Shown here in pieces: positions 1-13,138 of a stretch of DNA of 64,000 bases. Source of the stretch: Adineta vaga. Taxonomy: Eukaryota > Animalia > Rotifera. The translations under genes and the position numbers were made by a program. Each line of letters opens with the position of its first letter. Positions within the stretch are counted from its first letter, which is position 1. The notes beneath the pieces were generated by a model, which saw nothing but the letters and a program-made list of their open reading frames with translations, had not been told where the DNA came from and ran no database searches. The stretch is taken from contig CP075496.1 in the NCBI GenBank assembly GCA_021613535.1, forward strand, positions 8,122,001 to 8,186,000, given 5' to 3'.

Positions 1-14
1 ATTCTCATTCTTAG

Positions 15-589
15 GATTTTGATAAAGCAGATTTCTTAATCATTATTGGTACATCGCTAAAAGTAGCACCATTTAATCGTCTTTTGACATTGTATGAAAT
101 GAATTCAGTCTTGACAAGATATAATTTTTATTATTAATTTAATTTAGTGTAAACAAAGATTGTCCTCGTCTTTTGATCAACATGGAACCAGTTGGTAACT
201 CATCTTCTCCATTTGATTTGGTAAATGTTCGAAAATCGGAATCTTCTACTATCAATTTTGAAGTTTTTTTAGGGATCTGGTGCGTTATTGTATGGATCGA
301 AAGCTAATCGTCGTGATGTTTTTCATCAGAGTACATGTGATGAAGGTGTCACTAAACTTACAAAATTACTCGCCTGGGAGGTAACGATTCTTTTTAATCG
401 AGTACTAGTTTCAATATTCGTTATTCTTTTAAGGATGATTTGGATAAGTTACTCAAATCGGAAGGTATATCAGTTGAAAAAGTGAAAGAAAAAATATCGA
501 CAATCCCCGATCAAACTGAACAAAATGCCGATCGATTAGCAGAACAGATGGCCAAAGCTTCGTTAGATAATGATGATAAGAAAGACTAA
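15..589 (+). CDS. NAD-dependent deacetylase sirtuin, class I (SIRT2/3-like); last 4 exons, 5' part outside window
   Basis: Spliced translation DFDKADFLIIIGTSLKVAPFNRLL..NKDCPRLLINMEPVG..RRDVFHQSTCDEGVTKLTKLLAWE matches the sirtuin GTSLxVxP and PRLLIN motifs; three GT-AG introns; TAA at 587-589. Confidence 0.9.
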
Positions 590-851
590 AATTATTGTTT
601 TGTTTTTTATACCTTTTTTTTCAATCTATCTATCCATGAACATTAAAAAATCAAAAAAATTGTTTGATTAAATATATACATATATCAATAATCGTTACTC
701 CGAATAACGATTTTATTCATGACGAAAAATACCATTCTTTTGCAAAATGCTTATCATTACACACGTGTATATTTCATCCTTTTCTCCTATCAACAACACT
801 AACTTTCTAATCGCATGTTGTGTGTCATCATTCTATTTACTTTTGTATAGT

Positions 852-2022
852 ATGTCGTTTCATATAACAATTATTGGTGGTGGTATTATCGGTTTGACGA
901 CTGCCTGTACTTTATTGAAAGAATATTCATCAAATTCACATTTACAATTAGTTATCATTAGTGAAACGTTTTCACCCGAAACAACAGCTGATATTTCGGC
1001 AGGCTATTGGGAACCTTATGGACTTGAAACTATCGACGAACGAACACTTCGTTGGGCTGGATATACATATGATATATATGTTAGTGAATTTTTTTCTACA
1101 AAAGCAGCTCGAGCTGGAATTATGAAAATGCCTGCATATACATTATACGGTTTCAATGGTCAGAGTAGAGGTAAAAATATGCTTAAACCAACGTTTTCAA
1201 CACTAGTTCGACATTTCCGAATGTTAAATGAACATGAAATGGGAATGTTTGATCATTTAAATCCAACTTCTGGCTTTGTTATGTCAACAATAGCTGTCGA
1301 AGTTCGTTATTATCTACATGAATTACGTCGTTTTCTCTCACAAGATTCACGTGTGAAATTTATTCATAAGAAAATTTCATCTTTTCACGAATTAAACAAT
1401 CAAACAAATCTAATTGTTAATTGTACTGGTATAGGAGCACGACAACTTGCTAATGATCTAACCGTTCGACCTGCACGTGGACAAGTAATTTGACATTATT
1501 CGTTAATAAACTATTGAAAAATATTTCAATATTTAGGTAATTCGTATTCATGCACCATGGATAAAAGCTGCTTATAATTTTGATACAGATGAAGGTGAAG
1601 GATATATTATACCTCAAGCAAATTGCGTTGTTCTAGGTGGTACATTTCAATTGAATGATTGGAATACGACAATTGTTAAAAGTGATACAAAGAAAATTCT
1701 TCGTATGTGTGCGAAATGTTTACCAGCATTAGAACAAGTTCATCATGGTAAAGTTCAAGTCGGCCTTCGACCTTATCGAGATGATGGTGTACGACTTGAA
1801 CATGAGAAAACAAGTAATGGTATGGATATTATACATTGTTATGGACATTCTGGTTCAGGTGTTACTCTTGCTTGGGGTTGTGCAAGAGATGTTGTGGAAA
1901 TTATGAAAACAATTTTACCCGTTGCTGAATTACAACAATCAGAAAATGAAATACCATTACATGAACAATTATGGCGTTTAGTAGAAAATAAAAATAGTAA
2001 TCATTTACGATCAAAAGTTTGA
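852..2022 (+). CDS. D-amino-acid oxidase / D-aspartate oxidase family (FAD-dependent), 2 exons (852-1484, 1537-2022)
   Basis: N-terminal IIGGGIIG dinucleotide-binding motif, VNCTGIGA, PARGQ|VIRIHAPW, VGLRPYR, HCYGHSGSGVTLAWGCA; 52-bp intron keeps frame; ends -RSKV. Confidence 0.92.
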
Positions 2023-2298
2023 AAAAACGTTTCTTCCTTCTTTTTTTTAATAAAGAACTTCTTAGTCTTTTTAATATCGAATTTATCTCAGTCAGATACA
2101 AATCGATTGATCAGGAATCAATAGTTGTCGCTAGTATACAATGTAATTTTGTATACTTTTTTGTATGCGGTCGACATCGAGTAGTCAATCCTGAATCTCG
2201 TATCGCGTCACCTCATCTCTCTCACTTTATTATTGATACACTGACACGACACGTATTTGATTTGATTTCATTATTTCAGAACTCTAAGTTTCCTAAAC

Positions 2299-3398
2299 AT
2301 GGTTTCTGACAATATTTCGGTATGTTTTACTTTTTATAGCAGTACTTTTTTGTCTCATTTTCTTCTATAGGTACCATCTCTCTACGTAATCAAGGGTATC
2401 ATTATACTAGACAATGATGGAAATCGTATTTTATCCAAAGTAACAATAAAAAAGAATTTATCCGATTGATATAGTCTAGTTTGGAATTTTAGTATTACAA
2501 TCAAACGTATTCAACAATAAAAGAACAAAAAGAATTTGAAAAATCTTTATTTAATAAAACTCATAAAGGTTCTGGTGATGTTATTCTTTTGGACAACTGG
2601 ACAATTGTCTATCGAAATAATGTCGATTTACTATTTTACGTTATGGGTAGTACCAATGAGAATGAAGTAAAGCAAAGAAATAGTTTTTCGTATTTTTAAT
2701 CTCTATAAAATCTTTAGCTAATGTTAAATGCTGTGTTAACATGTTTATTTGACTCATTGAGTACAATGTTACGCAAAAATGTCGAAAAACGATATCTTTA
2801 TGAAAATTTGGATTTAGTTATGCTTACGCTAGATGAAATCTGTGATGATGGGTAAAATTAAATTAGACGAAACAATTGAACGGAGTTTTTTATGAAATCG
2901 TTTTTTCTTATTTGTTTAGAATTATCTTAGAATCGGATCCAATGTTAATTACACAACGTGTGCAATTACGTCAAGATGATATTCCATTAGGCGAACAGAC
3001 TGTTTCACAAGTAAGTAATAAGCAAATTTTCAAATGAGATTTAAGCAGTACGCTCGACTTATTATGTCTATCAGGTGGTCTATCAGGGAATCAATATGTT
3101 TTTCAATGGTAATCAATAAAAGACATGGATAGATCTATATAAGAATTGATTATACTTCTTGCTCGATGTCTTGCTTGTACAGTGCCATTGAAAAGCTAAC
3201 GACTCTTCCCATATTTCATCTGAATTTATGATTTTAGTGAGATAGATTTGAGTATAGCATAGCATGATGGTTATCTTTGCAGTGATTGCTTGATTTGGAA
3301 TTATATGACGTATTTTCTTCGGATATTTAATGTTTGATTGAATTTTTTAGGTACTTAACCATGCGAAAGAACAAATTAAATGGTCATTATTAAAATAA
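2299..3398 (+). CDS. COPZ1: Coatomer subunit zeta, 6 exons (not in ORF track)
   Basis: Spliced translation MVSDNIS|[23 protein letters not shown]|[33 protein letters not shown]|[19 protein letters not shown]|[15 protein letters not shown] is typical zeta-COP. Confidence 0.95.
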
Positions 3399-4725
3399 AA
3401 TAATTTATAGAAATCAACAATCGAAACATTTCAATGGACAAGTTATTCTTTGCGCGTCTCATTATCATTATTTTATTCGTTGTTATTCTTTGAAAACTAA
3501 AATTAAATCTCATGTTCTATTTATCATTCTAGTAGAAAATAATATTTCATTTTTTTAAATATGCATCGGAAAAGTTTAACAAGAAAGATTCTACTACACA
3601 AAATCACACTGATTTGAGTAAATCCTGTCGGATACCAGTCAAAGTCGAGACCATGTGATTGAAAGTTGTTCGACGATAAAATCATTCAAAAACTAATGAA
3701 GACATTTGCCTTGTTCTCAGCATTTATCTCTTTTTTTCTAAGCATTAGAAACAATCAGAGATACAACGAAAGGTAAATCTCAGCTGATGAACCATGAACT
3801 GTAATTTATATGATCCTCTTTCACGATGTAAGTTTACACTGAAAAGTTTGATTTTAACTTTAAAACGGTCAACATGGCCTTATTAAAAAGCATAACGTAA
3901 AATAGGAGAAATTTAATTCTTAATTACAAAAATGTCAAATCGTATGAAACGAAGAAAAACAAATTCTTCTTTAATATTCCATTGTCGACCCAAAATGTAC
4001 TAAGTATGATATCTTTGTTTTGAAAATAGAAGATTAATATTGCCTATAATCTCTTCCTTTGGATTAAGATTAATTTCTACTGTGTTCAGTTTTCGTGCAA
4101 AAATTTATGAGTTAACTATATATTGACGTCATTTGAGCACGTATGAATTGCGTTTGTTATAATGAAACTCTTCAATCAGCATTCTTCAAGTAAAATAAAG
4201 TTCATTTAATCACGTGAGAGTAATTATCTATCACGTATACTTATATGAAACTCTGAAATAATTGATTTAATTTGAGAGATAATTAAGACCCTCGAATTTA
4301 AGAAAAGAACGTTTGGTAACATAATAACTCATTTATATAATTTCATGTGAAAAATAAGAAGTTACATATCAAAACATCCTGTATAAAGATTTAAATAAGA
4401 ACAAAAATATTACTTTTTTTAAGGTATTTTTCAACCATTACAAGATTATTACATAACGATACATTGTGATGTCAAAGGCATGTTTTAAAAATGATATGCA
4501 CTGAAAATGTTATAGAATCTCTTCAACTTGGTTTCCTTAAAAACAGCTTATTCACGTTCATCACAATAAGACAAAGTAACTCTTCATTTCCATCTAAATG
4601 AAACTCATTACAATTCTATATCTTTCTTCTTATTCTTCTTCTTTTTATTCCAGAGATTATCTTATACGATACAAATTGAATGTCGACATGTTCTATTCTC
4701 ACATTTGATTTCATTTGATTACAAA

Positions 4726-5858
4726 ATGACGACTCTAACACCAACGACTGAATTTACTACAGATCCATCCGATTCGATTGATACTTCTATAATCTATATG
4801 AAATCACCTATTGTTATTCTTATATGGTTTGAAATCATTGCTGCATGTCTTGTGTAAGCAAATTTATCTTTGATTTGTAATAGAAATGTATTGATTGATT
4901 CCTTTTCTTTTCAATGAAAAGTTATGGTTTAGGATTTATTGGTAATATTCTTTCGTTAATTATTTTCTGTTCATTAAGTGAATTTCGTCGAATATCAACG
5001 GGCTATTTTTTTCTTTTAACAACAATTTTTAATAGTTTTCATTTATGGACATTATCAACAGAGTTTCTTGGCGTTTTTGAAGTGTATATTTATTCGAATG
5101 AATTTTTAAAATGTCGCTTAAATTTTTATGTACAAAATGTCAGTCGAGCTATGAGCACATATTTAGCTGTAGGTATTGCATTAGATCGATTGATTCGATC
5201 TGAATTACCACTACGTTCAAGAGTAATATGTACACGTCGTAATGCTGCTATTTATACTATTCTTCATTTCATTATTTTTGCATTAATTTGGTCATTATGG
5301 CTTTCTCCTTCAATTACTCAAGATCCAATTACTCTCAGATGTATCTATACTAGATCACGAACATTATATTTTTATTTAACACAAGTGCAAATGCCTGCAC
5401 GATTAGTACTTGTATGTATCATTCCAGTAATTGTTATGATTTCAGCTAATGCGCGTATGTTATATAATATGCGTCAATCGCATCGACGTGTTGCTAATCA
5501 TATGGAAATTCCCACGGCTCTAACAACAATATCAGCCAAGCCTACTCGAAAGTCAACTCTTCGACGAATGACTGCTTTAGATCGAATGCTTTTCTATATG
5601 ATGTTAGCAAATATTATTACATTTATTTTGACACAAATTCCCTTTCATATTTATACGATGGTTCGAATATATTATCCTGCATCAGATCCATTGAGTAATT
5701 CATTAGTTCGAGCATTGCTTTTAATATGGTCCAGTCTTTATTTTGGTGTAGCATTTTATCTTTATTGTTTAGCATCACCACTCTTCCGAGAGAAATTCAT
5801 GTTGATTAGTAAAACATTATTTCAATATTTTCGACGGCGTTTGTTTAGGAATAGATGA
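4726..5858 (+). CDS. Rhodopsin-class 7TM GPCR (orphan), copy 1; exons 4726-4853 and 4922-5858
   Basis: GFIGN in TM1, C upstream of TM3, LDRL (DRY variant), seven hydrophobic segments, YLYCLASPLFR helix-8 motif. Confidence 0.88.
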
Positions 5859-7664
5859 AATAATGAAAAAAAAGACTTTCTTCAAATTAGATTTATCAAT
5901 GTTGTGTTTTTTTCAAATTATTCCAATAAATGTGATTTACCAAGAGAATCATTACATTGTTGTTCTTTTTTCATATCCAGTCACCTATTGTGTGAGAAAA
6001 TAGCGCAGAACATTCTATCAATAAAAGTTCCTTTTTGTATCCAGACAACTGGAACGAGCTTTACATTTAAAATCTTAGCTGAATAGTTTCCTATTGAATA
6101 TTACATGTCGGAGGCAATGATAAGCTTGATCCTTAGGAGATCATTGAATTAAAGTAACGTTCTCTCATCGTATATATATATATATATGTTCATGTTTAAA
6201 TCTAACGAACATCCAGACAATTCTTTCCCTCTTTTCAATCTTCTGTCAAACAAAACAAATCGAAATTCTATACCACAGCTGCATAAATGTCCAAACATAC
6301 TTCATTTTCTGAGAATTTATCAGATTATGAAAGTGTTATACGTCCAATCTCTACATGTCAGATTTAAATTAAAGATCCGCTATTTTCAAAGAAAATCCTG
6401 TTCTTTTTATAGGTTGCATTCTAGAAGAAATCCTATTTTGAAAAAGATCCTCAACTGGAAGCCAGATTCATTCATATAATTGAACCCAAACTAGCTTTTT
6501 GCAAATTTATACAGTGGATTAGTAATAGATACTGAACACCATGAATTCAGTCTAAAGTATATGAGTTTCATCTTCAACTTATTCAATATATATCAGTGAT
6601 GTTACGTCTCTAGTCGATAACTGTCAGATTGAATTATAACCCAATCCTTTCATATATAATTGGCCATCTTTTATGACAAAGGTGCAAAGGTACATAAACG
6701 TTGAACAGAAAAAGCTTTACTAATTAAAAAATCTACTTTCAGAGAACAGATAACTGTCAGCACTGAGACTCTATGATATATCTTGTGGATAAGAAACAGA
6801 AAACTATCTACCAGTCTATGCGTGATGAAGAGATGATCATTAAATTAATTAAACACGCACACATCTAGTAAAGTATTCTTAAAATATCTTATTCTATCTA
6901 GAAATTCTGTATGTAAAAATACTTGATTACACGATGTTCATTAATGAAAAAAAGTGTAAATAAAGTTATATAATGTCATTTGTGTCTTATTTTTATTGCA
7001 ACAAAAACTACAATCTATCTCTAAATCCACCGTGAAGATTTATCGATTGTGCAATATCATAGAAAAATAGGCATGCATTCAAACTTATCTCTCTATGTCT
7101 TCAATTAGCTATACGATCAGTTGAATCCTATCACTTTTTGTTTGTTCATGTATAATTCTAAATCATGTGAATAGTAATGAAAAATCTCTTGAAATTAATC
7201 TATATAATTTGAAACAAGATTTTTACATTGATGATAATCGAATATTAATTTACTGTATTATAATAATTCTTCGAAGTAGTTTCAATAAAGTATGAACTGA
7301 TTGTATATGTTGTGATATCATCATATAAAATTATATGTAATCTACTTTTTAACGAGACTCAAAACTTAGGAAACAACCGTTATCTATTATATTAATCTTT
7401 ATTAAATAATGATTGTTAATGGTGTAATTGCTCTGACGCAATTGAACATCGAATGACAAATAATTTCAAATATAATCTCCCAAAAATTCCTATCATTATG
7501 TTTGTGACCCACGCAAATTTGAGTGATCAAATGAATTCGTGCTATACTGCAATCATCCTCCATTTTTCTATTGAACAGGAAAAAACACAAATTTCAATAA
7601 CGTCATCGAAATATTTCTATATAAAACTACGAGTCTATATCTATTCTAACTTAGTAATACAATC

Positions 7665-8790
7665 ATGGAAAATGATACATTACTTCTTAATTTAACAACA
7701 CAGACAATATCAATTTTTTCAATCAAATCTTCATTAAATCCAGTTGTTTGGTTAGCTACAATCAGTGCATGTTTAGCGTAAATAATCTGTCACTTTTGTT
7801 TTACCAAATCTTTATTTATTTTTCTTTTCTCTTCAAAGTTATGGTTTCGGTTTCCTTGGTAATCTTCTTTCTTTAGTAGTCTTTTATTCACAAGATGAAT
7901 TTCGAAAAATCTCTACTGGTCTTCTATTTCTTCTTATAACCATTGCAAATTTCTTTCATTTATGGACATTAACTACAGAATTTCTTACACTGTATAATAT
8001 TGCATTATTTGGACATGTATTTTTTCAATGTCGATTAACATATTTTATACAAAATGTTAGTCGAGCAATGAGTACGTTTTTTATGGTAACTGTTGCCATT
8101 GATCGATTGATACGAACAGAATATCCAATGTTATCAAAAAAGATATGTACAAGAAAAAATATTCTTTTAATTACTATGATTTATTTGATTATTTTCTCAT
8201 TATTTTGGTCGTTCTATATTTATCCAATCGGTTCGGTAAATAGTTTAACTGGTTTTTGTAATTTTAAATATACATCATCATTTGCTTATTTCATTAATTA
8301 TCTTCATTTTCCTATTCGAGCAATTCTTGTTTGTTTTATTCCAATTATAATCATGCTTCTAGCAAATATTCGTATGTTAAACAATATTCGTCAATCAAAA
8401 AGACGCATCACAAATGGATCAACGGTTGGTTCATCAGAAAATACTCGACCACTACCGAATATTTCCAGTTCTTGTGATAAAAAATCTCGTCGAATGACAC
8501 CTATTGATCGAATGCTTTTCTACATGATGTTAGCCAATATTTTGACATTTATTATTTCACAAGTGCCATTTCACATATATATGTGTATAAGAAATATTCT
8601 GAGTGGATTAGATGCATTTAGCTTAGCATTTATTCGTGCTATACTTCTAATCTGGTCAAGTCTTTATTTTGGTGTCGCATTTTATTTCTATTGTTTAGCA
8701 TCACCATTATTTCGTGAGAAATTTAAGAAAATTATTTGCTTAAAAACATTACCTCGATCAATAACAACTATACCAATGTTATCTCGATGA
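7665..8790 (+). CDS. Rhodopsin-class 7TM GPCR (orphan), copy 2, tandem paralog; intron ends 7838
   Basis: MENDTLLL..SACLA|YGFGFLGN; same intron position as copy 1; shared QNVSRAMST, DRLIR, DRMLFYMMLANI and YCLASPLFREKF. Confidence 0.88.
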
Positions 8791-10671
8791 ATAGAATCGA
8801 CTTCAATGTTGTTTTGTCATGTATATGTCTGATTTAATTAGACAAAGAATAAAAGTCATTCAATGCTACTAGTCAACGAATCATAATTGTATCCGGTTAG
8901 CAAAACTATCAACATATGTATAATTTGATGCCAGTATATCAACTAATAACATGAAGAAAAGTACTTGATTGAACGTTTTATGCAGAAATGATTTGTTTCA
9001 GACTGACATATTTTTATTATTAAACAGATAAGTATTGATGTGTGCAAAAAGCACCTCCAGTACAAAAATATTTTTTGATTAGGAGAACATCTTCTATCGT
9101 CATATAGTAATATCTGTAAATGAAGGCATTGGTCTTTCTATTGATAAATCAAATGGAAATGAAAAAAAGATTTCAGAAATCTAAAATCAAGTGTTATTCA
9201 TAGAAAAGGGAAAAAAAGCATTTCTTCAGTCTTATTATTTTCTACTTGAAATGGTATCTATACAATGAAAATTCGAATCGATTGACGATAGAATATAAAC
9301 TAGAAGAAATGTTTCGACGAGTAACGAGTCGATGAGAATTCCTTCAGAGTAATTGTCCTTTAAAAACGGATATTATAAATGATACAATTGGTAGGTCTTG
9401 CTTTATTCTTCTATTCTGGTGAAAATTCGTTTGTATTTAGATGAATCACGACTGAGTATAGAGGCAAAACTAAGTATAGGTTTAGGTTTCTCTAAAGTTG
9501 GTATTCTATTGATTATTGAAGTCATTTATCTTTATTCTAAATATGGTTCAACGAATATTTTTCCTTGGGAACACTATGAACTCGCTACTGATTGAAAAAC
9601 CAATATCTCTCCTGTTTTTATTGAGTCAAAATTCCATATGAATATCGTTGTAATACAAAAGATAATTTCATCATGAAACTAAACAATAAATAAAATTTTA
9701 CTTCAACCTTTACGACTATTATTCAACAATGTCTTCTTTTGTTCTTCATCCTAATCTTTTCAAGGTTCTGTTACTCCTGATTATAAATCAAGTCTAGATA
9801 ATTTTTGTATGAATATTAGATTTCTTATCGAATAATCCAATCATCGATGACACTTTATTTATGAAACATAGATCGGTAAAATATCATTATATTCGCGACA
9901 TTGAACTGTTCGTTGTCCGAAGAGACACCAACCAGCAAAACCTTTGAGATTATTCTTTTTACAATATTCAATTGTACATTCAGTACATGATGGTCTATGT
10001 ATGAATAATTCAATTTTGAATTCTAACACAACAAAATATTCTTACGGATAAAGTTTAATTAATAAATTGTTTCGACACAAACAATCACATTGATTAGCTC
10101 GAATAAGATTCGTATAGAAAATTAAAATAATAAATGAACGAAAGAGAATAGACATTGCATTTAACTTTTGAATCATATGAATTAAATGAAGAAAAAAAAA
10201 CAGCAATCTACATAAAATGGTTGCTAAGTATTCAAATAAGAAAAAAAAAAAAAATTACACACACCTTATTTTATTCGAATGAATGAGTGAATTTAAAAAT
10301 AACTATTGACAGTCGGTGCAAATCTCTATGGATCGTGAAAATTCTTTATGACATTCTCATATTAATCAAATATAAATTTAAATAAACTTCTAAGGTTTCA
10401 GTATGCAAATGAGAAATTCATAGATATGTGTCTATTGATTAATCAACAATTTTGAAGTAAATATTAATATAATTGATCATACAAATTGCAATTAATTCTT
10501 TTTACTAGATGTTGAATATAATACAAGCCATAAATATCTCATTATGTTTATTTTCTTTTCATCTAAGACATATTACAAAAAGAAAAAAAGGAAAATATTC
10601 TGAGATGTTTACGAGTGAATTTAATTAACAAAAGAAATATATTATCTAATAAATAATCTTACTATTCAAGT

Positions 10672-11334
10672 CTAAGACTTGTCATAACAAAAAATAACAT
10701 CTTCATCGGTACCGAATGCTCGTCGTGCTTGATCGAAGTTTTCTCTAGTTGTTGTACAAAAACCGTCAGTTCTACCGGGGTCAACATAACGAATGAATTC
10801 TTTCGTTTCATTCTCTATGTAACCAATTACAAGTACATAATGACCTTGATAAGACGAAGATATTATTGGAAGAAATATATCAATAAATCGAGTTAAATTG
10901 GACTTTTTACATGTACAACATTGAAGTTGATTAGCATCAATTAAAACTAAACAAGGTGTTCGATATTTAGTTATATGTTCTTTGAATACAGGCCATTCAA
11001 TCGAACCAAGTTTTACATTTAATGCTTCGTTTTTAAACAATTCATCGACTCGTTTTTGATCTTTATCAATTAAATCTTCATAATACGGAACTTGATTATA
11101 TGAAGTTGCACATCCAATCGTTATCGTATGTAAAATTGCATGAATATTCGATCGATTTAGTAAATGTAATAAATCAATTGTCCATGTACTGCGATTACAT
11201 TCATAATTTTGTATTAGATGAGTAAATTCTGATCGATCACAATGGTAATAATCTATAATCATGTATAAACATGTGATGCCACAATCCCAATCGGATTGTT
11301 GTTTTAAATGTTTTACAGGTAAAATTAGATTCAT
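10672..11334 (-). CDS. GUCD1: GUCD1-like protein (peptidase C39-like fold)
   Basis: QQSDWDCGITC, STWTIDL, YQGHYVLVIGY, YVDPG, ARRAFGTDEDVIF match the GUCD1 family. First in-frame ATG at 11334 sits just after an acceptor-like AG; 5' end uncertain. Confidence 0.88.
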   Translation of the reverse strand: MNLILPVKHLKQQSDWDCGITCLYMIIDYYHCDRSEFTHLIQNYECNRSTWTIDLLHLLNRSNIHAILHTITIGCATSYNQVPYYEDLIDKDQKRVDELFKNEALNVKLGSIEWPVFKEHITKYRTPCLVLIDANQLQCCTCKKSNLTRFIDIFLPIISSSYQGHYVLVIGYIENETKEFIRYVDPGRTDGFCTTTRENFDQARRAFGTDEDVIFCYDKS

Positions 11335-11343
11335 TATCTTCAA

Positions 11344-11721
11344 GAGAGAAAATCATTATAAATATATAAGAGTAGATCAAGTGCATTCTTTCACCTTTCA
11401 TTAACAAACATCCGTAGTGCTGAGCGTCGCTAGGTGCTTCCATCATATGTCAATATTCAGACACATACAGTGCACAAGTAGACAAGAGAAAAAAAGAAGA
11501 AAAAGAGAGTGAGTGAGAGAGAGAAAAAAAAGAAAACCGAGAAGAGATCTGTATGTGATGAGAAACAAATCAAAATTTAAAAGTAACAACCAACGATAGT
11601 GGAAGAAAAAAAGGAAAGAAGAGAAAAAAATCGAAGAAATTTGATTCAACTTAACAACATCTCAACATTAGTCAAGCCAACGGCACTATTGAATAAGACA
11701 AATTAGTTAAATTTCATTCTA
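11344..11721. promoter_or_regulatory. Probable bidirectional promoter between GUCD1 and the Tctex1-domain gene
   Basis: Head-to-head genes with start codons under 400 bp apart; purine-rich spacer. Confidence 0.5.
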
Positions 11722-12321
11722 ATGGCTGATCGTCGTTCTACAGTTCAGACTGAACCACGAGGTGTGAATACTATCAAAACAATTCCACCAACAACGAATT
11801 CAATACGTGAAGATATTCCAACATCACTTACGGGACCACTGTCAGCTATAGCAGCAACAGCTGCAGCAACAATCGTTCCTGAACGTCGTCAATCTGTTTT
11901 CCGACGTTTATCAATGTCGATGGGAAGTCGAAAATCGTCCATGCTTCCCTCATCAAATCATCCTCGACCAAATACATATCGATTAGAACCAGATAATGAA
12001 TATCGTTTCCGTCCATATCGTGTTCAACCTAAAGTATTGGACATCTTAATCGATCGAATGAAAGATAAAACATACAATAAAGATACAGCCGTTGATTTAT
12101 CAAAAGAAATTACAAGAAGCGTTCATCAATTAATGAAAAATTTTCAAATTCCACGTTATAAATTCGTTGTACAAACGGTTATTTCACAAAAACTTGAACA
12201 ACTTCTACGTATTGCATCAAGATCGCTATGGAACCCAAAAACTGATAATATGATTTCGGTAAATTATGAAACGAAAGATATGGTAGCTGTTGTTACTGTT
12301 TATGCTGTCTATCTTGAATGA
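11722..12321 (+). CDS. Tctex1 domain-containing dynein light chain (TCTEX1D1/D4-like), intronless
   Basis: NTYRLEP, PRYKFVVQTVI, IASRSLWNPKTD, VVTVYAVYLE C-terminus typical of Tctex-1 domains; long disordered N-terminus. Confidence 0.9.
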   Translation: MADRRSTVQTEPRGVNTIKTIPPTTNSIREDIPTSLTGPLSAIAATAAATIVPERRQSVFRRLSMSMGSRKSSMLPSSNHPRPNTYRLEPDNEYRFRPYRVQPKVLDILIDRMKDKTYNKDTAVDLSKEITRSVHQLMKNFQIPRYKFVVQTVISQKLEQLLRIASRSLWNPKTDNMISVNYETKDMVAVVTVYAVYLE

Positions 12322-12842
12322 ATGAATGAATGAAGAAAATAATAATGACTGACAGTCGATGTGTGTGTGTGTGTAACAGATGTGAGAACTTATTCCTATG
12401 GTTTATTGATTTAACCATTCAGAAAAAAATACTCAATGAGGTCGCTCATAGCTTTCTAGTACTGTGAAACAAATCTTAGTTTTTATACTATGAAATAATA
12501 AAAGATATCAGCTTTGATTGTTTGTTTTTTATTTTAAAGTTTAGTTTCGAGAATGACATAGAATACGAAGATATATGATCGATTGCTTTTGTCATCAGAG
12601 ATATCATCAATGAATGTTCGTTTGAGACAAACTTCAACTCAATTCTCTAATGACAAGCGTATGTATAATAGATAAAAAAAACATTTGCTATAATTGACAA
12701 GTCCAAAGTTCTATTTTCAATCAGATATTATCAAGCTAATTATCTTTGGAGAGGTATCAAAAGATATATATATAATACATAGAAGATTTCTGTCATTATG
12801 GAAGAAACAACAGTTTTACGTCGTTTTATAACAAGATAGACG

Positions 12843-13138
12843 ATGCAGTTATTTAGATTAATCAGTTTTATTATCGTATTCTGTATGATAATCACATCAA
12901 TCAACAGTAATGGGTAGGTGAACTTTCATTGGGAACAATTTGATCTCGAAGTTTTGATTTTTTTCCTTCTCTATATAGCATAGCTAATTGTGTATGTCAT
13001 CAATCGTATCAATGGACTCGAGATTGCTGTGGACCAACAGGTGGATATTTCTTTTATCGTAAATGTTACAATACATTTGGCTTATCATTTATTCAATGTT
13101 GCCGTTATGCTGAATTGCGTGGAGCATGTGTTGCTTAA
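12843..13138 (+). CDS. Small secreted cysteine-rich peptide, 76 aa, 2 exons (12843-12913, 12979-13138); not in ORF track
   Basis: MQLFRLISFIIVFCMIITSINSNG|IANCVCHQSYQWTRDCCGPTGGYFFYRKCYNTFGLSFIQCCRYAELRGACVA*; signal-peptide-like exon 1, 65-bp GT-AG intron in frame, 8 Cys, AATAAA about 25 bp after the stop. Confidence 0.8.
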
